Of a DNA stretch of 64,000 nucleotides, positions 58,318 through 64,000 are shown piece after piece. Below the pieces are notes generated by a model. The model was given only the letters and a program-made list of their open reading frames with translations. It did no database searches and was not told the DNA's origin. Each line of letters starts with the position of its first letter. The first letter of the stretch is position 1. Where the stretch lies: the NCBI GenBank assembly GCA_048128005.1, contig JBEUKZ010000131.1, positions 310,001 through 374,000 on the forward strand. Reading direction: 5' to 3'. Both the position numbers and the translations under genes were made by a program. Origin of the DNA: Veleropilina oligotropha (taxonomy: Eukaryota).

Positions 58318-58620
58318 ACCCTCCTGGTCCTCCCGCATCTTTGAAGTCCACCAAAGTTGGACCGGACTTTGTGTCCTTGGAATGGAAACCTCCTCTAAAA
58401 GATGGCGGCGCCAAGGTTACCAGCTATCTCATAGAGAAATGCGAGGCCACGTCTGAAGACTGGGTCAAGGTGGATACAGTCAAAGCATTTGAGACGACGT
58501 GTAAAGTCCCGAAACTTCAGGCTGGTGTTGGCTACCTGTTTGCAGTGTCAGCCGAGAATAAAGTTGGTCTTGGTGACCCATGTGAGACGCCGACACCAAT
58601 CGTACTGCAGAAACCAGCAG
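58318..58620 (+). CDS. Titin-like exon, FN3 type c
   Basis: 303 nt. Confidence 0.9.
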
Positions 58621-58978
58621 GTATATAGGCTATATGTGATTGGTATACTTGTGGATTTCTTAATAATTGTCTTGATTACAATACAGACTAAAATATATTA
58701 ATATATTTCATTGAAATATGTATATAATGCTCAAGGGAGCATATTTAACAGCCATATATACTACAGTCAAATCAAGATTTGCCTATACTATGTTTTTATT
58801 TTCACAAATATATGTTTGCCTGATTTTATTTTATTTTGAATGAACAGACAACCTTAACATTAGTTGATCATGAAATTTTTAACTAATAATATATGCAAAG
58901 AAAGTTTTACTTTTATGTTAATTGTCAGAATATTTGAATGAAAATATTTGCATTCACATTGATCATTTATTTTCTTAG

Positions 58979-59284
58979 ATAAACCAGACAAACCCACAGG
59001 ACCAATAAAAATCACTGACGTCCAGAGAGAGGCTATCGCTATCCAGTGGCAACTATCTGCTGATGATGGTGGAAGTCAAATTACTGGCTATGTTGTTGAG
59101 AAACGAGAAGAAAAACGCAACCTATGGTCGAAGGTGGATAAGACAGATGCAAAGACGACCGAACTCCTGGTTATGAAACTTGTCGAGGACACTGAATATC
59201 GCTTCAGAGTATCAGCAGAGAACAAAGTCGGACTCAGTGAACCGCTGGAGACCTTGTCTGCAACGATGGCCAAGAGTCCATTTG
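58979..59284 (+). CDS. Titin-like exon, FN3 type a
   Basis: 306 nt. Confidence 0.9.
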
Positions 59285-59533
59285 GTAATATACGGAACAT
59301 ACCTGCTGTGATTTGTGTTCAATCTTCTCTAAATCAACATTGATTGAAAATAATATGAATCCCAGTAAAAGAATTGAAGAAATTTATTCAGCATATGCAT
59401 CTATAACATACTAGAGAAGGCCATTCCGAAATTAGATATCAATTACACAACACTTTTATGCTATGATTATGTTAATTAGAGCTGTAGAATGCAAATATCA
59501 GCAGACATGTTGTACTCAATCATTGTTATTGTT

Positions 59534-60048
59534 TAACATGCTGGTCAATAGATCTGTCTATTACTAACATGCTGGTCAATAGATCCGTCTATTACTAACA
59601 TGCTGGTCAATAGATCCGTCTATTACTAACATGCTGGTCAATAGATCCGTCTATTACTAACATGCTGGTCAATAGATCCGTCTATTACTAACATGCTGGT
59701 CTATAGATCCGTCTATTACTAACATGCTGGTCAATAGATCCGTCTATTGCTAACATGCTGGTCAATAGATCCGTCTATTACTAACATGCTGGTCAATAGA
59801 TCCGTCTATTACTAACATGCTGGTCAATAGATCCGTCTATTACGAACATGCTGGTCAATAGATCCGTCTATTACTAACATGCTGGTCAATAGATCCGTCT
59901 ATTACTAACATGCTGGTCAATAGATCCGTCTATTACTAACATGCTGGTCAATAGATCCGTCTATTACTAACATGCTGGTCAATAGATCCATCTATTACTA
60001 ACATGCTGGTCAATAGATCCATCTATTACTAACATGCTGGTCAATAGA
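59534..60048. repeat. 31-bp minisatellite, about 16.5 copies
   Basis: AACATGCTGGTCAATAGATCCGTCTATTACT units, no spacers. Confidence 0.95.
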
Positions 60049-60417
60049 CTGTTAAAGATTAATTTGAATTCATTCTGTGTGCAATGAAGATGACTTGCAA
60101 TCCTAGCACACCCGAAGATCGAATTAAAGTCTCAGGAGTTGTTCTCCAGTTTAGTAATAAAATTAACACTATTCCCTATTTCCACATTGTTGTCCGCCAA
60201 AATCTTAACTCCGGATTGAAAGTACAATTGATATGAGGCCAGTTATTCAGGCAGAGTGCATTTCAATGATGTAAATATGAAGATATCATTTTGTAGATTT
60301 GCCGAAATGACAAAGTGTGTCCATGTTGTCCAAAAATATATTGCAGTTTTCTTGCGGTTTTTTTTGAAAAGAACTCAAACAGATGTTATATGTTCTTTTA
60401 ATTTATTTTTAATTTAG

Positions 60418-60723
60418 GAAAGCCATCCAAACCAACTGGTCCACTAGAAGTGTCCAATATCACAGAGACGAGTGCAGATTTGACTTGGAAAGCTCCGGAG
60501 AGTGATGGCGGACAGTCGATCACAGGCTACACTGTGGAGATGCGCCCCAGCAATCGGTCCACCTGGACCAAGGTGGGAACCGTGGATGATAAGACCTTGA
60601 ACCTCACCGTCTCCGACCTCAAGGATGGCACAGAGTATCACTTCCGGGTCACGGCCAACAACAGCGAAGGCCAGAGTCAACCGCTCGAAGCAGTAGATAC
60701 AGCGAAACCTACAAAGAAAATAA
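60418..60723 (+). CDS. Titin-like exon, FN3 type b
   Basis: 306 nt. Confidence 0.9.
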
Positions 60724-61149
60724 GTAAGAAATACCTAATTGAGAATGTCTAAACATTTGAATTCCAAATGGCAGTTATCGAAACAGATTTGGTTTGATTA
60801 GAATTATAGTTTATATATACATTTAACACATTTAGGGTCGTGACCCAAATTGGTTATTTCAGCTAATGTCTATGATTTATCTCTGCAGATGTATCACATT
60901 CACATATTTTCTTCACTGTCAGATTGGTAAATTTGTTTGTGTTGTGCAAAATACTATTATTTGATCCTTGTTCACCATAAAATATATCTTTGGTTCTGAT
61001 AACTGATAATGAATTGTTGTTTTCTCATTAGTAGAATTTGTCAATTTGAATGTATTACTTTTGTAACCATAGCCGTACTTTATACTAATAATTCCCTAGA
61101 TGTAATTTAAGCATGTTAACATGAACTGAAAATTTTGTTATTTATTCAG

Positions 61150-61452
61150 ACCCACCCGGTCCACCTGCATCATTGAAATCTACCAAAGTCGGACCGGACT
61201 TTGTGTCCTTGGAATGGAAACCTCCTGTAAAAGATGGCGGAGCCAAAGTGACCAGCTATCTCATAGAGAAATGCGAAGCCGCGTCCGAAGATTGGATCAA
61301 GGTGGATACAGTCAAAGCATTTGAAACGACCTGTAAAGTCCCAAAACTTCAGGCTGGTGTCGGTTACCTGTTCGCTGTGTCAGCAGAGAATAAGGTTGGA
61401 CTTGGTGAACCATGTGAGACTTCGACACCAATCATACCTCAGAAAGCTGCAG
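61150..61452 (+). CDS. Titin-like exon, FN3 type c
   Basis: 303 nt. Confidence 0.9.
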
Positions 61453-61724
61453 GTAAGTGAACATACTTCAATGACTTATTCCAAAAGGAAAGTTTTAATC
61501 ACTGATGATGCAGCCATTGTTAAATACAGTTAAATGTGATTTAACAACAGCTTTGCAGTGTTTATGCATGAGCAGTTGATGATTACATGTCATTAAAAGT
61601 GAGAAAATGTTAAAACATATATTAATATCCCTTGCAATTTCCATATTAATTTATATTCCAAGGAAGCCATTTGTTCAATATGTTGCTAATAATTCAATAT
61701 TGCATGTAATCTCTTTTAATTCAG

Positions 61725-62030
61725 TAAAACCAGGCAAACCAGTTGGACCAATCACCATCACAGATGTCCAGAGAGAGGCAATTGGTATACAATGGCAGCC
61801 ATCAACTGATGATGGTGGAAGCCCCATCACTGGCTATATCGTTGAGAAACGTGAGGCTAAACGGACTGTGTGGTCGAAGGTGGAGAAAGTGAATGCCTCG
61901 ATGACTGAAATACTTGTAACAAAACTTGTGGAAGACACCGAGTATCATTTCCAGGTCACAGCAGAAAACAAAATTGGCTTAAGCGAACCTCTTGAAACAC
62001 TGTCTGCTACAATGGCAAAGAGTCCTTTTG
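61725..62030 (+). CDS. Titin-like exon, FN3 type a
   Basis: 306 nt. Confidence 0.9.
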
Positions 62031-62295
62031 GTAAATATTTAGATTAAAATGTATGATTCATTACTGTTGCACTGCATGAGAAATTTTCAAAATATGTAAT
62101 TTATTATTATTGCCTATATTGTCACTGATGATCCTCTCAAAGCACATAATATTATTAATCAATATGATTAAAATTGAACATTTGTTGGTGTGATCATTAA
62201 TTCATCATTCATACTTAAAACTGAATTGTGGATAACAGTCAGTTAAAGATTACATTTTATGTAGTTAGTTGTATTTTCTACTTTTAAATTTGTAG

Positions 62296-62601
62296 GAAAA
62301 CCATCAAAACCAGTCGGACCACTGGAAATATCCAATGTGACCGAAAAGAGCGCAGATTTGACCTGGAAAGCTCCGGAAAGTGATGGAGGTCAGCAAATCA
62401 AAGGTTATAATGTGGAGATGCATCCGAGTAACCGGTCCACATGGACCAAGGTGGAGAGTGTGGATGGTAAGACCTTGAACCTCACCATCGCCGACCTCAA
62501 GGACGGCACAGAGTATCACTTCCGGGTCACGGCCAACAACAGCGAAGGCCAGAGTCAACCGCTCGAAGCAGTAGATACGGCAAAACCTATGAAGAAAATA
62601 G
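62296..62601 (+). CDS. Titin-like exon, FN3 type b
   Basis: 306 nt. Confidence 0.9.
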
Positions 62602-63082
62602 GTAAGAAATACCTAAATGAGAATGCGTTCTTTCCCAAGATGCCTATTGACAAGTGTTGCTACTTGATTGCAATCTTTCTTAATTATTATATAAGAACCA
62701 CTTAAGTATATATATTTTCAAATGATATTATCCATTAGTTTCACAATAATACAAAAGGTTGCTATTTATTTTGAAAAACTACTTTTTTTTAAATATGCAT
62801 TACTTTCATTTCATTCTCATAGATAAATGTATTTTATTAATGACTGTTGGATATTAGTTTGATACCAGTCACTATGTTTAGATTATTGTAATTCAAAATT
62901 ATGTTTATGCAAATAACTGAAATTTCATATTTATACCCCTGCCTTAATTCGATTTTGAACCATAGCCTTATATTTGCTAATGAATGCAATTCTTATAGCT
63001 TTTAAATTAGTCAAAAGTGGTCTTTATCGTTAGATGATGACTTTGTTAGTAATTTTATTTTGTCGTGATTCCTTTTTGTCAG

Positions 63083-63385
63083 AACCTCCCGGACCGCCTG
63101 CATCCTTGAAGTCCACCAAAGTCGGACCGGACTTTGTGTCCTTGGAATGGAAACCGCCTCTGAAAGATGGTGGAGCCAAGGTGGCCAGCTATCTCATAGA
63201 GAAATGCGAGGCCACGTCGGAAGACTGGGTCAAAGTGGATACAGTCAAAGCATTTGAGACGACCTGTAAAGTCCCGAAACTTCAGCCGGGAGTCGGCTAC
63301 CTGTTCGCAGTGTCAGCTGAGAACAAGGTTGGTCTCGGTGAACCGTGCGAGACGTCGACCCCCATCGTACCTCAAAGGCCTGCAG
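63083..63385 (+). CDS. Titin-like exon, FN3 type c
   Basis: 303 nt. Confidence 0.9.
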
Positions 63386-63753
63386 GTAACTATATTTCTG
63401 TTGGAAGATTAAGCATTGTGTCAAAAACATCTATTTGGAACCTTTTTTATCATTTATATTCCTCATCCTAATTTTTAGAGACTTTCAAAGGAGGGTCTTT
63501 TTATCTCATGTTTGTCTGTAAATGCTCGATATTATTAACTTGATGCTTAATGTTTAGGTAAACATTTTAAGATCTGAAATTGTGAAAATGTATTAACTTC
63601 ATTTTTGCAGATTGCCAATTTTGGGGCCATAGAAACTTTCACAATTCTGTAATTGAAAACTTTGTATTATGTCGAAATATTAAAGACTGACCGTATATTT
63701 AAATGTTTTGGCAATCATTATTAATAATAGGTTAAATTAATTAATTTCTTCAG

Positions 63754-64000
63754 GAAAACCATCTAAACCCAGTGGATCGATCAATATCACAGATGTTCAG
63801 AGGAACGCTATCGGGATCCAGTGGCAGCCATCGACTGACGACGGCGGCAGTCCCATAATTGGTTATCTTGTAGAGAAACGTGAAGCGAAGCGCAATCTTT
63901 GGACCAAAGTGGAGAAAGTTCCGGCTACTACGACAGAGCTGTTGGTAGACATGCTCACAGAAGATACTGAGTACCACTTTCGTGTCTCTGCAGAAAACAA
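63754..64000 (+). CDS. Titin-like exon, FN3 type a, truncated by the window end
   Basis: ttcag acceptor; KPSKPSGSINITDVQRNAIGIQWQPSTDDGG. Confidence 0.88.

Noticed and set aside
59534..60048. CRISPR-like array (31-bp palindromic unit)
   Set aside because: Units are contiguous with no unique spacers, there are no cas genes, and the context is a eukaryotic intron.

Overview
Eukaryotic invertebrate DNA, probably lophotrochozoan or mollusc-like, judged from the AT-rich introns and the repeat types. The backbone is an internal part of a + strand giant titin/twitchin-family muscle gene with about 53 GT-AG exons, nearly all one domain per exon and phase 1-1. Domain order: Ig x13, FN3 x3, Ig x2, FN3 x3, Ig x2, then at least 28 consecutive FN3 exons in a recently expanded 3-domain super-repeat. 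Two full-length, intact DIRS1-like tyrosine-recombinase retrotransposons of different subfamilies (166-7613 and 29796-37269) lie in sense orientation, each with matching ITRs, an ICR, gag, RT-RNaseH-MT and YR. Comparing them shows three conserved non-obvious features. (1) A CGG-CCC-UAG-GG junction is followed by a covarying pseudoknot, where termination, a +1 frameshift and readthrough would give Gag, Gag-Pol and Gag-YR. (2) A covarying structured RNA in the 5' leader. (3) A covarying, splice-site-bounded 291-nt structured RNA next to the ICR. Introns also hold Helentron-type non-autonomous elements, MITEs, tRNA-derived SINEs (one inside a coding exon) and minisatellites. All alignments and pairings were done by eye; no database search or folding program was run.
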